From: Neodothiora populina
Lineage: Eukaryota
Direction: 5' to 3'
Length of the DNA stretch: 64,000 nucleotides
Assembly: GCF_041146345.1 (NCBI RefSeq)
Contig: NW_027191417.1
Span: 1,178,001-1,242,000, forward strand
The position numbers and the translations under genes were made by a program. The notes beneath the pieces are model-generated. The model was not told the DNA's origin, searched no databases, and saw only the letters and a program-made list of their open reading frames with translations. Below are positions 1-13,719 of the stretch, piece after piece. The first letter of the stretch is position 1. The number at the start of each line of letters is the position of its first letter.

Positions 1-1242
1 GAGCGGTGGCGGTCCATATCTGGCGAGCGGTTAAAACTAGCGATCTGCTTGAGAATATGCGCGCCAGAACTTTTTCGATGATGTGTTTTCTTCTTTTGCG
101 AGTCGCCGCCAACAGCACTCGAGGCTTCGGGAGTTTGGGATTGGGAGGGTCGGGTGGAGGCTGTACCATTCTTGTCGGCAACATCGGTGCGCGAATTGGT
201 GCCGCGGTTTGAGCGCGTGCGGACCATGGTGGCGCTGCCGGGCACAGGACTGTCTGGCGCTGCGGCATGAGCCAGAGGTGTCGACGTCTTGGGTGCGCGT
301 GCGCGTGTGGGTTGCTCTGGTGGTCGAGAGTGCGATTGTTCTTGTGCTTGTGTTTGTGCTTGTGCTTGTGCTTGCGCTTCTTGGTCTTGCTTCTGTCGCT
401 GCTGCTGCTGCTGCTGTGCGTCGGATGTGGCCATCTCTTCTTGCTTGAGGCCCTGTTTGCGATCTGCCGACTTGTTGTTTTCCAGCTCTTGTTCGCGATC
501 AATGTCCATCTTGTCCTCACTTGCCGCTAGTGCAGTATTAGCTTGCTCAGTAGAGCGCTGAATGTCATGGTTGTTGTTATTGTTGTTGTTGTTGATGTTG
601 ATTGCACCATTGGTGCCACTGGCTCCACTGGCGCTGTTAGTGGTGCGACTCTTGGGCGCAGAAGTGGGTTGGCTGCTGCGCTCGCGCTCTTCCTCTGCGC
701 CGTGCCCGCCCGCCAGCAGTGAGTACTGCAGGTTCGAAGTCGACGAGTTCTGACGGTTGCGCGAAGACGCCGGTCGTTGTGCGCTGGCCAGCTCAGCCTG
801 CACGTTGTTCAGCAATGGAGAAGAAGCCACGACTGGTGAATTGTCGCCGGAGTTGAGGGCGGCAGCTGCTTGGTTGCTGTGAGGCAGAAAGGTGTCAGCG
901 GAGGATTGTCTGATTCTCGTCAGTGTCGCTGGAACATACCGCTTCTTGACGGGCACAAAGCCCGGCGCGGGACCTGGCTTCTTCTTCTGTTTGGCGGCGG
1001 GTTCGGCCTGAGGGGTGGATCTTGGCGTTGTGTTTCCTCCTCTTCCATTCTTCAGAGCGCTGGCAGACCGTTCCATTGCCGGAGTGGCCACCTTGTCGAC
1101 CTTTCTTCTCTTGGCGGGCGCGCCTTCTGTGATTCCCAACCCGGCGACTTTGCCGTCTGCCGCTTCCTTGCGAGCCTTTGCGGGGGCTGCTCTCTTCTGG
1201 ACGGGCTTGTCGTCAAAGTCGGACTCGGCGTGGTGGTGGTGG

Positions 1243-1276
<34 letters not shown>

Positions 1277-2156
1277 GGTGGTGGTGGTGGTGGTGGTGCT
1301 TGCTCTTCTTGCTTTCGCGCGTGGCCTGGCCTCTCGCGGCGGCAATGTCGTTGTCGTGAACGGCAGCGGCAGCGGCAGCCAGATTGGATGTGGCGGCGAC
1401 GTCTCTCCTGGCGCGTTCGTGTGCGGGGGCAGGCTGCTTCTTGACTCTGTTCTCGGCGTAGGCCCAATGTGTCAGGCTGCCCAGTCTGGCCTCTTCGCTG
1501 ATCTCGGCCTCGACGTGCGGCATGACGCTGTCCATGCGCGACAGCTGCTGCGAAAGGACGCGGTTGGCCTCGGCCATGACGTTGTTCTTCTCGTCGAGAT
1601 TGACAATCATGTTGCCGATGAGATGGCGCAGATCCCGGACGTTCGAGCGCCTGGCGAGGTCGGCCTGCTGGTCGATGCGAGAATTGGCGGCGTCGAGGAC
1701 ATCAGAGACGCGGTCGGGGTTCGGGGCGATGCCGTTGATGACGGATCCATTCAGACTGGCGGTGGCGCTGTTGGAGGCGGTGAAAGACAGCAGGCCTTGA
1801 GTCGAGGGGTCTGCATTTCTTCGCGGCGGAGCAGGCAATGCCAGGATGTTGGCCGACAGAGTCTTGAGGGCCTCGGTGGGTCCATAGACTTTGGCCTCGA
1901 CCTCTTTCATCAGCGAGACGTGTCGCTGGACCTCTTTCGGCAGGGCGCTGACTGCGTCGGCGAAGTAAGTGATGGCGGGGAAGAAGCCCGGAGGATCTTG
2001 TTCCTGGGGCTCGTCGACGGGACCGCTGAGGCTGCCGTAGGGACGGGCATAGTAGTTGATGGGTCGCGAGGTGCTGGTGCGAGGCTGGCGACCAGACTGT
2101 CGTCTGTTGGTGTCTGTTGCCGTCGAGCCCTTGCGTGCCGACGCGGCGGGAGGCAT
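1..2156 (-). CDS. PHO23: ING-family chromatin protein (Pho23-like), 3' end outside window
   Basis: ATG at 2156 reads MPPAASARK...GFFPAITYFADAVSALPKEVQRHVSLMKEVEAK, an ING N-terminal domain of the fungal Pho23 type. One intron 877-939 (GTATGT...GCTGAC...CAG). The frame is open at the window edge, so the ORF track omits it; the expected PHD finger lies outside the window. Confidence 0.8.
1229..1298 (-). repeat. compound (CAC)n(AAC)n(CAC)n microsatellite encoding poly-His/poly-Asn/poly-His
   Basis: TGG/TTG runs on the + strand; read in the Pho23 frame they give His-Asn-His tracts. Confidence 0.9.
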
Positions 2157-3164
2157 TTTGATCTCGTCTACTTGCTGTAGGTGGAGCGTAAAGGGTGGTG
2201 ATACACAGAGTGCTGCTGCTGCTGCGGCGGCGGCGGCGATGCGACACCGAGCTTGTCCTTGTCCGGGACCGTTGTTCTGCTGCCGGCGAAGACGAGGAGA
2301 AGAAAAGGTCGATCGGAGAGGGGGACGATTTATGGCTTGTGGCTATGTCATATTCACGGTGAAGTCTGGCATTTGGAGAAGGTGGAGGTTTCGGAAGCGA
2401 GTGATAAAGTGGATCAAATGTAAATGTAAATGGTTGTGGAACAGACTGAATGAAAGAAAGAGGGAAAGAACAGCTGCATAAGGTACAGTACAGTAGTACC
2501 GTATAGTAGTACCATACCTTACCTACCTTAGGGTACAAAGTAAGGTACCGCACTGTTCTGTACAAAGACAAAGACAAAGACGCCCGCCTGCTCCACCTCC
2601 ACGCCCACACACCTCAATCTAAGGTACTCGTCCTCGTCCACTACTCGGCCCGATCTTTCCTTGGTGTCAGCACTGATTCATGTGCAAATCATGCTTCATG
2701 ACGTACAGACCCAGCACACTTTCTGCTATTGTCTCCTGAGGCAGCCAGCCGTCTTCGCAAGCATCCAGTAACTCCCTCTATGGAGCAATGAATCCGACCC
2801 TGAACAATACAACCGTCCCTTGGCCCATACGGACGCTTTATTCACAGCTGACCGCTGCATGAAGACGTGAATACTGATCTTCCCTCGAGTCAGTCATGGC
2901 CGTCGGCATTAACACGTACTATCTCCGCCATGCTTTTCTTATCTGTCAGACATTTCTTTGTCTCTACTGTACAGTAGATAAAGGCAGAAGGCATCTCGAA
3001 ACAAGATACATTCTGCCGCCTGCTGGGCATCCATTTCTTGTGTGGAACAAGGCTCCCATATAAGGCAGTCGCATATAATGTCCGCCTCGAAAACAAAGTA
3101 AAGAAACGCCTGCCTGCCAGTCACTCACTGTGTCGAGTAGCCCTCATCCACATCATCTCGCACC

Positions 3165-4638
3165 ATGGACACCCTGTCAGACCGCGGCCGAGCGACGGCA
3201 GCAACGAGCATGAGATCGATACTGAGCCCGATCCTAGCCGACCGTTACAACCCATCCAGCAACCCAGACGGCTGGGTAGACATGGGCACGGCAGAAAACT
3301 ACAACATGACGAGCGACATCTCGGGCTTTGCCAACAAACATGTATGAAAAAGAAAAGCGCAAAGCCGCGTGAAACTCCTATCAGAAGAGAAAAAAGATTT
3401 TGTGGAAAAAAAAACCCACTTTTTTAATTCGTTTTTGTTCCCCACAGATGACCACCGTGGCGCAGACCTTCACCTATGGCAGCGGGCCCTGGGGTAGTGA
3501 GCGCTTGCGCATCGCCATGGCGAGACACATGACCAAGTACTTCCGCTCTGTCAACCCCATAGTCCCGGACGATATCCTCTTTGCGAACGGTCTCACCTCC
3601 ATTTGTGAGCTCTTGGGCTGGAACCTTTGCCAACCGGGCGAAGGCATTCTTTTTCCTACTCCGGTATATCAGGCCTTTGCGACCGACTTTGGTGCCAAAG
3701 CAGAAGTGAAATGCATCTTCACCCCTTTCCATGGTGTCGACCAGTTCTCTCCTGCTTGTGTAGAAAAGTATGAGCAAGCTCTGGAAAAGGCTGAGAGCGA
3801 GGGCGTCAAGGTCCGAGCCTTGCTGCTCTGCAACCCGCATAATCCCCTCGGCCAATGTTATTCGAGGGAGACGATAATCGCTTTGATGCGGTTTTGTCAG
3901 CGCCGCAACATTCATCTGATATCCGATGAGATCTACGCTCTTTCCGTTTACGATGTTGCATCATCATCGTCGTCCCCCTCTTCGTCATCTACGGCCGAAA
4001 CAGCAACAGCAGGACCAGATGATAACAACACCAGTTCGCAACCACCGTTGCCGTTCTGCTCAGTATTGTCCTTCGACACCACCCCATACATCCCCACAGA
4101 TCTGCTCCATGTGCTCTACGGCTTCAGCAAGGACTTTGCATGTGGCGGTCTTCGACTCGGCTGCATATACACGCGCAGCGAAGCTCTGATGGCTGCAGTC
4201 GGTGCGATAACCCAATTCGCCTGGTCCGGCGCACTCAACCAGACGTTTGCCTACCTGATGCTTGAAGACGAAGAGTGGCTTGATTCGTTCATCCAGAAGT
4301 CGCAAAAGACATTGGCGGAGCGAAGTCGGCTCGCTCGCGATGTTCTCGATGGCAAAGGTATCGCGTACAGTAAAGGGAGTAATGCGGGTTTCTTCATCTG
4401 GGTAGACTTGCGACCATTCTTGCCTCTTGGAAACGAAAAAGATGAGGAAATCGAGCCCAGCGATGCATGGGCAAGGGAAAGAGAACTCGTCAGGAGAATG
4501 GGCCAGAAGAAGATATATCTCAATGACGGAGGCAGTATGAATGCTGAAGAGGCGGGCTGGTTCAGACTTATCTTCTCTCAAGAATCAGAGGTTATTCAAG
4601 AGGGTCTCAAGCGACTCTGGGAGGTGCTTGGTATCTAG
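3165..4638 (+). CDS. PLP-dependent class I/II aminotransferase, ACC-synthase-like
   Basis: Exon 1 has NPDGWVDMGTAEN; intron about 3342-3447; motifs LLCNPHNPLG, HLISDEIYALS, PLP-lysine GFSKDF..GLRLG and GWFRL. Confidence 0.9.
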
Positions 4639-4941
4639 ATGATCATGTCGATCTGTTTTTCGTTGTTATGAAACCAGACAAACATCCACGAATATAAAAG
4701 CTGCCAGGATGTCTCATGCGGAACCTCTCCATTCAAGAATCCGAAAATAGTGGTTTAGGAGACCGTTGCGGCATGCATAGCGCCGGGTACCAAGATGCCA
4801 GAGTCGATTGTCCGCAAAGGACTGGGGATAGGGATTGTTGGCGGCAGCTGTAACATGTAACCATTAGTTCTTAAACACTCTTCGATATTTTGCTCTTAGA
4901 AACATTTCCGCATGTGGAAAATACGGAAGACACATATCGCC

Positions 4942-6641
4942 TTAGCTGTCAAGACTGACCTTGACCACTTTTCTTTCGACAAGGCGGACCCATCTCCGTC
5001 GTCTCCAATCGCCTCTTTTGCCCACGCCTGCGCCTTCGTCCAGGCTTTTTGAAGTCGCATGCTTGCCCTTGCTACTCTTGAAGGAAGAATTAAGGGGGGA
5101 CCCGAAGGCGTAGGCGCCCGGTGCCGTATCAGGATAAGTGATATCATAGACCCAATGCTCGCCTTCGGTCTCGACTTCGACGCCGGTAACACATCTTTCT
5201 TCGACCCATTCTCGGCTGTACAGATCTAACATCCACTTCTTGTCACGCCATCGCCATCCGGGCGGCGCCTGGACTTCCTCGAAGAACTGTGTGCCTACTG
5301 CTCTGGCGCCGGCAATGCGTGATGGCGACATGGGGTCATATGGACTGGTCGTGAACAGCCAGGGTTCCCATTCGTTATCCTTCTTCGAGCTGGTGAGGCC
5401 CTGGTAGCTGTTTCGTCGCTTCTGCAGCTCGAATATCTCCACCTCGCGGATCTCCGGTGGCTCATCCAGGACAATGTCTTTGATTGTCCATTCTCTGAGG
5501 CGCGCAGAAGCCTGCTCTCGCCAGAGCTTGAATTGCTCGAGCGAAGACGCGCTGAGCAGCAGCTCCTGCGCTTCTGGGTGACCCGCGCCTGTGGCAAGCC
5601 AACCAGTCACAAGTGCTACTGCTCGCCACGGGATCAGATGCGAAGCGATGAAGGCGGCACTGCATACTAGCGTGACAGCCAGAAAGACCGTGGAGGAGAG
5701 GGGTTCGTCACTGAAGTCTGTGAATGGCGTAACGAGTGCAATGGCAGCATCGTGGGCTCGCGAGAAGTCTTCCATGCAGTTCTGCAAGTCACGCATGTTG
5801 CGAAAGAAGTCTTTGCTCATTTCTGGCGCAGGCTTGACCCGTTGCGGCGGCGCGACTGCTGGACCCGAGTAGCCATAATTGGCGTATTGCTCCGCTGCAG
5901 CTGCATTGGAGGATGGGGGCTTGGCTGAAGGAGGTGGAGGGTGTCGAGCTAGGAAAGACGGCACCATCACGAAGAATAGTACCGCTGCCAGAGGCACGAT
6001 CGGAATAAGATTCGGCTGAAGACAGACCAGCGTATAGACGGCCAGAAACGAGAGCGTATGTGATGGGACCACCCAAGTAAAGAGGCGAATCAGTTCATTC
6101 TGAAACACAAAAACGATTCCGATTCTACCGCTCAATTAGACCAGGAACCTACCTCTATCCTCATTTGCAGTACCTACCTTGCATTGAAACGTCGAAAATT
6201 ACTAGACATCATCGGCAAGCTGAAGTTAGGCCGATCGACATATTGTCTCGACCTTCGATCCTTTTTGGGATGGCCGTCTTCATCAACCTCATTAGGAAAG
6301 ACCTGCTCCAGTAATCTTTGCCATGTATCAGCATATGAAACTTCTTCAGACATATTTCCGAAACAAAATTACGAGTTCACCAGCCTCTCCTGAACACTGG
6401 CATGAGAAGCTTTATAATGCGCATTCGCATCATGTAATTTCCCACGAAGCTTCTCGGCTTCCTGTCGCCAGACATCTCGCTTCCTGGGCTTCTTGCTGCC
6501 GCCAGCCTCACCACTCGAGGGCCACGATGTCGTTGTGTTGCTCGTTTCCGGAACTTCGTCGTCTGCTCGGGGGAAGCGTATGACCGGTATGGCCTCACCG
6601 CGGTTGGCGATGGAGCCGGTGTTCGAGTAGTCGTCGTCCAT
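4942..6641 (-). CDS. Pex24p-family integral peroxisomal membrane peroxin (Pex28/Pex29-like)
   Basis: Three exons (introns about 6316-6372 and 6125-6178); SSNFRRFNARIGIVFVFQN, EMSKDFFRNMRDLQN, EVEIFELQ and a C-terminal dysferlin-like WRRRRWVR. Confidence 0.85.
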
Positions 6642-7109
6642 GGTTAGATGCCGGACTAATACTGTTATGTCGTTTGCATGCTCTGCTGGCTTTTCGAGTA
6701 TGGTCAGAGACTTCAGTGTATAGCCGAAAACTATATATTGTTCCTACGAAGACGATGCGGCGCGATATCAAGCAATATAGGGTGGAGTTGGTGGAAACGC
6801 ACGCCTGCGGGGACGTCCAGTGGTGTAACGTCACTGTCACATGTAAGTCAAGGCGGCTTTGTTTGCGGCGTTTGTCACCTCAGTATACACAGTGATCCCA
6901 AAGTAAGGCAAGGTAGGTAATATAAGCACTATAAACTATAACCATACTCGTCATAGATTTATGTATGTGCAGCGTGCTCCGACAATTTGATCTTTTTCTC
7001 ATCATGTATCTCAACAAGTGAATAACACATAAAGAGTGACGAGCACAGGTGCTTGCTGTCTCATGGGTGTTTTATAAAGTGCTCTATTGCTACTAGATTA
7101 CTAAACCGA

Positions 7110-7330
7110 AAACACAGCACTATAGCGTAGACGGTAAGACTGCGTCTAGTCATTTACCACACGGATATCACGCGTTCAGGTAACTTGGTCATATCTGCGC
7201 CAGAGTCAACCGAAGGTCGGTTATAGGGGATGGGTAAAGCACAGCATGTGATGGGATGTGACTCAATTCCCAACGATCACGTTGCCCGCCCAAGGCCAGG
7301 GTCGCCCTGTAATCACCAACACAGACTTTT
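7110..7330 (+). ncRNA. candidate stand-alone box H/ACA snoRNA (snR34/SNORA65-like 5' pocket)
   Basis: TATAAA at 7073; several stems with G-U pairs favouring the + strand; ANANNA at 7241; terminal hairpin followed by ACA (7319 or 7321) and TTTT; CCACA/GCCAG pocket complementary to LSU CUGGC-U-UGUGG. Confidence 0.4.
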
Positions 7331-7535
7331 GAACCGAAAGGACACAAAAAAGTATAACTCACGTAGGTAAAAAGGGTGAAACATTATGGTCTATAAGTGT
7401 CTTTCATTCATTCATGAATCTATAAATCTAAAAGCAACCGGTGTATATAAACGCTTCTAAATGTCTTCACGCGAAGCCATGCTCTACTAATGGCAACGCG
7501 ACATCAACCAGCCCTGACAATCATGCTGAATGCAT

Positions 7536-8861
7536 TTACAAGACAGGAGCTCCGTACGCGGCGGCGGCCGAGCTGAGGTCTGCAAAGCCATACTCTGCGC
7601 TGCTTCCGCCCAACTTCTTCTGCCAGATACCCACATCGGCGAGGAAAGGCTTCACGTTGTTTTCCTCGCTGAGGTCGATGGGCTCTTGACCCTTGCCCAT
7701 CTGTCGCATCTGTGCACCGGCGACAACAGTGCCCATGCCGAAGTCATTGTCGTCGAACAGGATGACCTGTGCGCCGAGGACCTTACCGCTGAGGATGTCA
7801 GCGCAGAGGCTGGGCTCCTGACAGAGAGGACGGGCGAGACCGACGCCGTCGGTGGACTTCAGAGCGTTGATCATTGCGCCGGCGGTCTTGAAGCCTCCGG
7901 TGACGTAGACCTTGGTCTTGGTCAGAGCAGGGGCGATGAGTTCAGCGAACTCCAAGAAGAAACCTTCGCGCTTCTTGGTGCTCTCGCGCTTGTGGCCGAA
8001 ACCAATGTTCTCGTAGGTGCCACCGGAAAGTTCGACAAAGTCGAAGTTGTGCTTCTCCAGGATCTGGCAGAAGGTCTTGGCGTCTTCAGGGGTGAAACCC
8101 TTGTCCTGGAACTCGACGCTGTTGAGCTTGATGCCGACGATGAAGTTCGGCGAGGTACGCTTGCGGATCTCAGTCGAGATCTCAGTGACCAGGCGGCAAC
8201 GGTTCTCGATTGAGCCACCATACTTGTCGGTACGTTTGTTGGTGGTGGGCGACAAAAACTGTGCGAGGAGGTATCCGTGTGCGCCGTGGAGCTCGATGCC
8301 GTCCCAGCCAGCTTTCTCCAAGTACTCCGCGGCGTGAGCGAAGCCCTCGATAATGTTCTTGATGTCTTCTTCCGTGGCAGGGCGAGGCTTGGAGAAGGTC
8401 ATGCCCATCACAGCCCCGAGCTGAACATCAGAGGCAGAGATGGGGTTCTGCTGGATCTTGCTCTCGACCTGGCGACCGGGGTGGGAGACCTGGGCAACAG
8501 CGAGCATGCCATGTGCCTTGGCTGCGGTAGCCATGTCCATGAATCCCTTGAACCGCTCACCCTCGTACTTGGCATCACGAGGGATGATAGGGTTTCCCGC
8601 AGCCTCGAGGTGGTCGTACTCGATCATGACATTTCCGGAGAGGATCACACCAATCTGGCCCTCGCCCCAGCGCTTGTAGAGGTTGACGAGCTCCTTGGAC
8701 GGGACACCACGTGCGGGCAAGTTCTCGGGATCCCAGGACGAGAGACGCTCAGTCATAGCACCCTTGATGAAACGGTTCGGCGCATCGCGGCCTGAGAACT
8801 CGAAGTGGAGGGGTTGTCCCAATGGCGAGACGTCGACTTTCTCGGATTCGTAGCGAGTCAT
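7536..8861 (-). CDS. NADH:flavin oxidoreductase (old yellow enzyme family)
   Basis: Intronless; NRFIKGAMTE, QVSHPGRQ, GWDGIELHGAHGYLLAQFLSP, NKRTDKYGGSIENR, ELSGGTYE. Likely start is MTRYES at 8861. Confidence 0.93.
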   Translation of the reverse strand: MTRYESEKVDVSPLGQPLHFEFSGRDAPNRFIKGAMTERLSSWDPENLPARGVPSKELVNLYKRWGEGQIGVILSGNVMIEYDHLEAAGNPIIPRDAKYEGERFKGFMDMATAAKAHGMLAVAQVSHPGRQVESKIQQNPISASDVQLGAVMGMTFSKPRPATEEDIKNIIEGFAHAAEYLEKAGWDGIELHGAHGYLLAQFLSPTTNKRTDKYGGSIENRCRLVTEISTEIRKRTSPNFIVGIKLNSVEFQDKGFTPEDAKTFCQILEKHNFDFVELSGGTYENIGFGHKRESTKKREGFFLEFAELIAPALTKTKVYVTGGFKTAGAMINALKSTDGVGLARPLCQEPSLCADILSGKVLGAQVILFDDNDFGMGTVVAGAQMRQMGKGQEPIDLSEENNVKPFLADVGIWQKKLGGSSAEYGFADLSSAAAAYGAPVL

Positions 8862-9942
8862 TGTGAATGGTATTGGCGGATGTGAAGGGTAAAAGCGGAT
8901 TGGTAGGAAGTAGTCGATTGAGAAAGTGAAACAAAGTGTAGACAAAGATATAAGGAACCAAAAAGACCTAGCAACTTACCGGCACTTGTATCATGTGGCA
9001 ATGGCACTATATACCCTACACTTACAGCACGAACGCACAACCGGGGCAGCAGCCAGCATAGGGTGGAGTGGCGCGCCTGCTTTGACCGCTCAGACCCCAG
9101 CTTACAAACCTCACTGCAGACATCGAACGACACGAACATCTTACCTCGGCGGAAGAATGAGAAAGACACTGATAGAGCGGGCCTACCAGACGGCACACGA
9201 CTCTTTAGGAAAATGTGGAAACGCATGAGGAAGCACGGTTGTTCGTTTACGTATAGTGCCACAAGGTCGCAGTACGGTAACTGTGACCCAACGCCGACAA
9301 CGACGAGGGGAATACACACCGACAGATACGTCATTACTGTCCCACTGCCGGCAACGACCTGCGCGTTCTGCTGGTTTGGCTGCTTCGAGAATCTACCTTT
9401 ACCCACCTTTATTTTTTCTCTATTGAGGTTGCGCTCACTCGGAAGTTGACTAGCTTGTTTCGGAAATTGTCGATGAATCTTTTCTGGGGAAAAGCAAGGA
9501 GGCTTAGCTTTTAGAGTGCTGTCGCTTACAAACCCTCCATTATTTGCTTAAATGAGAGGTACAGTACAGTACTCACGCTAGGTATCCCCGAAGCACTTAC
9601 AGTAGCTTGATGTCATCGTCCAATACCACTCTCTGATTTTGTTGCACAGAGCCTATATATGCATGTAGGTGGAATTATAGGCTACCAGGAGAGTCTGAGG
9701 ATAATAAGGAGCTTCAGATGTCGTAGGTCAGATTCAGGATCCAGCAAAACAGGATTGGGGGTGGGCGAAAAATTCCAAAGTGTTCATTCCAAGACGTGAT
9801 AGCTTCAATTATATACTGCAAACTGGTATGATTGGACACTACGATGAGTGTCCTTTTTGTTTCGATGCTAAGAAGCCAACTCCCTTCTCCGAGTTGTCGT
9901 TTCCAAACACATGAGGTATTTTGATTAGTCATTGAGCTTTTC

Positions 9943-11409
<1,467 letters not shown>

Positions 11410-12506
11410 CTAGGGGAGGAGTCACCTTTAGTAGACAAAAGGTCGTAGCGAAAACGATTCAACGATAGCGGAATTATCTGGGTACCTTTGTAATGTCTAA
11501 GGTATTTGGCCGGGCAGCGGGGTACGAGGGGCTGTTTCTGGTCTGACGCTGCGCCAAGCTCACCAAAACTCGGTGGATAGGAGATATTTCGGACTGAGTA
11601 AGGTAGCAAAGAGTCCGGATTAGGACAACAACTGCGGTCAAGAGCGCAAGGCCCGAAGGCCCAACTCGCACTACTACCTTATGCTGGTCAGAGGAACGCT
11701 TTTACTGCCACGAAGGTGTAGGAATTTGCGTCCTCTGACATCAGAGATTGGCTATAGCTCTCTCTCACAATGGCCTTATACAAGTAAAACTGCTGAGAAC
11801 AAGGATCGGAGGGCTTGTCGAGCGTTGCCTACGCCACATAGGGTAGCCTAGTGCGAAAGCCAAGGTCGTTGTCACTGCTCTCTACAGACGTCAGGAGGAT
11901 CGAGAATGTTCCGAGATATGTCCAGTACCTGTCCGGTTTGGGTGACTACATTAATACCACTCCCGAGGACTCCGCTTCTCAAATCACCTTGCTTCCCCTC
12001 TGGAGTGCTTCGATGACTCCTCTGTATGTACAGCTAGTATCACATCCGCATGTGGACTCATTTGAGGTTTGTGTCAAGTACTGAGACGGGCGTGATCGCA
12101 ATAGTGGTAAGGTAAGCTACACAGGAAGCATATCACGAAATCTGAGACGGAAATGCGAGTTTATGGACATGTACTGGCTCATTAAGGTCTAAATACGAAG
12201 CGAGCCGCTCTTCCCTCCACCAGCGTAAAACGCTTCCTTACACCAAACACACGCAGTGATACAAGTACATGATAAAGACATATATCTTGCTGGCCTCGTG
12301 CAAGACGGTCAACGGCACTCCACCGCGCAGTGTGGAGCACTCGATTGCTTTTGTCAATCTTTCTTCTCCTCTTGACCAATTTTCCCTCTTCCCAAATGCT
12401 TGCTTTCTCACCCTCTCACTCTCTCGTACAACTTGTTCGCATCATGCAGCATGCGCGTGGTGGCGATTGTCTGTATAGGCCACGCATGCACGTTCAATCA
12501 GCGCAT

Positions 12507-13491
12507 TTAGTTGTAGGAGCAGGTGGAGTCGGCTCCTCTGGAGTTCATGAGAAGGGCGACAATGAGACCGTAGAGACCTGTGCAGATGTCAATATATAAT
12601 GCCGCATCAAGCGAGTGAAACCGGGATGGAGACTTACCCAAGACTTCAGCGAAAATGAGGATAAGAATCATTCCGACGAAGAGTCTGGGCTGTTGGGCAG
12701 TACCGCGGACACCAGCATCACCGACAATACCAATAGCGAAACCGGCGGCGAGACCAGCAAGACCGACGGACAGACCAGCACCGAGCTGAATGAAGCCGGT
12801 GAAGAGAGAGAGCTGTTGTGTGAGGTTGTTGGAGATGAGGACAGAGACGACGAGACCGTAAATGGCAATGATACCAGCCATAATGACGGGAATGATGTCT
12901 AGAGTCACCGATCAGAATTGTTTCATGTGTACAGATGCGTAGCCGGAGATCCTTTTTCCATGTCGTGCAGTAGCGCTCTGTGGATTGACACGATGTGGAA
13001 AAGCGCGTCGAGCTCGCGACTAGAACTCACTCTTGACGATCAGATCAGGACGAAGGACACCCATGGCCGAGATACCAACACCGGCCTTGGCAGTACCGTA
13101 GGCGGCGCCAAAGCAGGTGAAGACAATGGCGGAGGTGCAGCCCATGGCACCGAAGAAGGGCTGCGATTCATGGTAAGCGTGTGGTTCGAGTATATAGACT
13201 GTAGCGAGGCATATGGAGGCTTCTCGAGTAGACATGTTGCAGACGGAGTCGAGGGGCGTCGCGGAAGACTTACGGCGTAAACGGGGCTGTTCGAAGAGAC
13301 ATGGTCAGCTGAAAGACTCTTGCATATCACCGAGGACTGTGCAATATGCAATGCGCATATACTCCAGCAGGACGAGACGACGCCTCTGTCGCTGATTATG
13401 GACAAGCATCTGCAGCAGGTGCTGTATACGGCAAGAGGACAGTGATGGAGGTCGAGGAAGAACGGTCAACATACCAGAGATCCGAAGACAT
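12507..13491 (-). CDS. VMA3: V-type H+-ATPase 16 kDa proteolipid subunit c
   Basis: Spliced product [24 protein letters not shown]...[32 protein letters not shown]; five exons including a 13-nt micro-exon 13274-13286. Confidence 0.96.
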
Positions 13492-13709
13492 GATAACTGA
13501 TGTGTGTGTGTGAGATTGTCTGGTGTAATCGAAACCGATTGAATGCCTGTCTAGACGACTTTGGAGATGGGAAGAAGGAGGCTGAAGGAGGTGTTGGAGA
13601 TGGTTGATGGATGTGGTGAGGCGGCGAGATAGACTGGCGTAGCTTTGCTTTGCTTTGCTTGTGGTGACGATAGCCACTCGACGTTGTCTTCCCGTCCCCA
13701 AGCTTGCAA

Positions 13710-13719
13710 GTCACGTGAT
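13710..13719. promoter_or_regulatory. extended E-box GTCACGTGAT (Cbf1/bHLH-type) in the VMA3-SNU13 divergent promoter
   Basis: Exact RTCACGTG match between the two divergent ATGs (13491 and 14017). Confidence 0.5.

Noticed and set aside
870..2180. 436-aa + strand ORF with poly-Val
   Set aside because: Antisense shadow of the Pho23 CDS; the poly-Val is the reverse reading of the CAC/AAC microsatellite.
7530..8795. Long + strand ORFs opposite the OYE gene (likewise 10185-10832, 35982-36524 and 60286-60987)
   Set aside because: Codon bias in highly expressed genes keeps antisense frames open; the products have no motifs.
13287..13474. Relatively long introns in VMA3 and SFA1 (about 188 nt) as snoRNA hosts or stwintrons
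   Set aside because: I found no RTGATGA/CTGA pair and no nested donor-branch-acceptor set.
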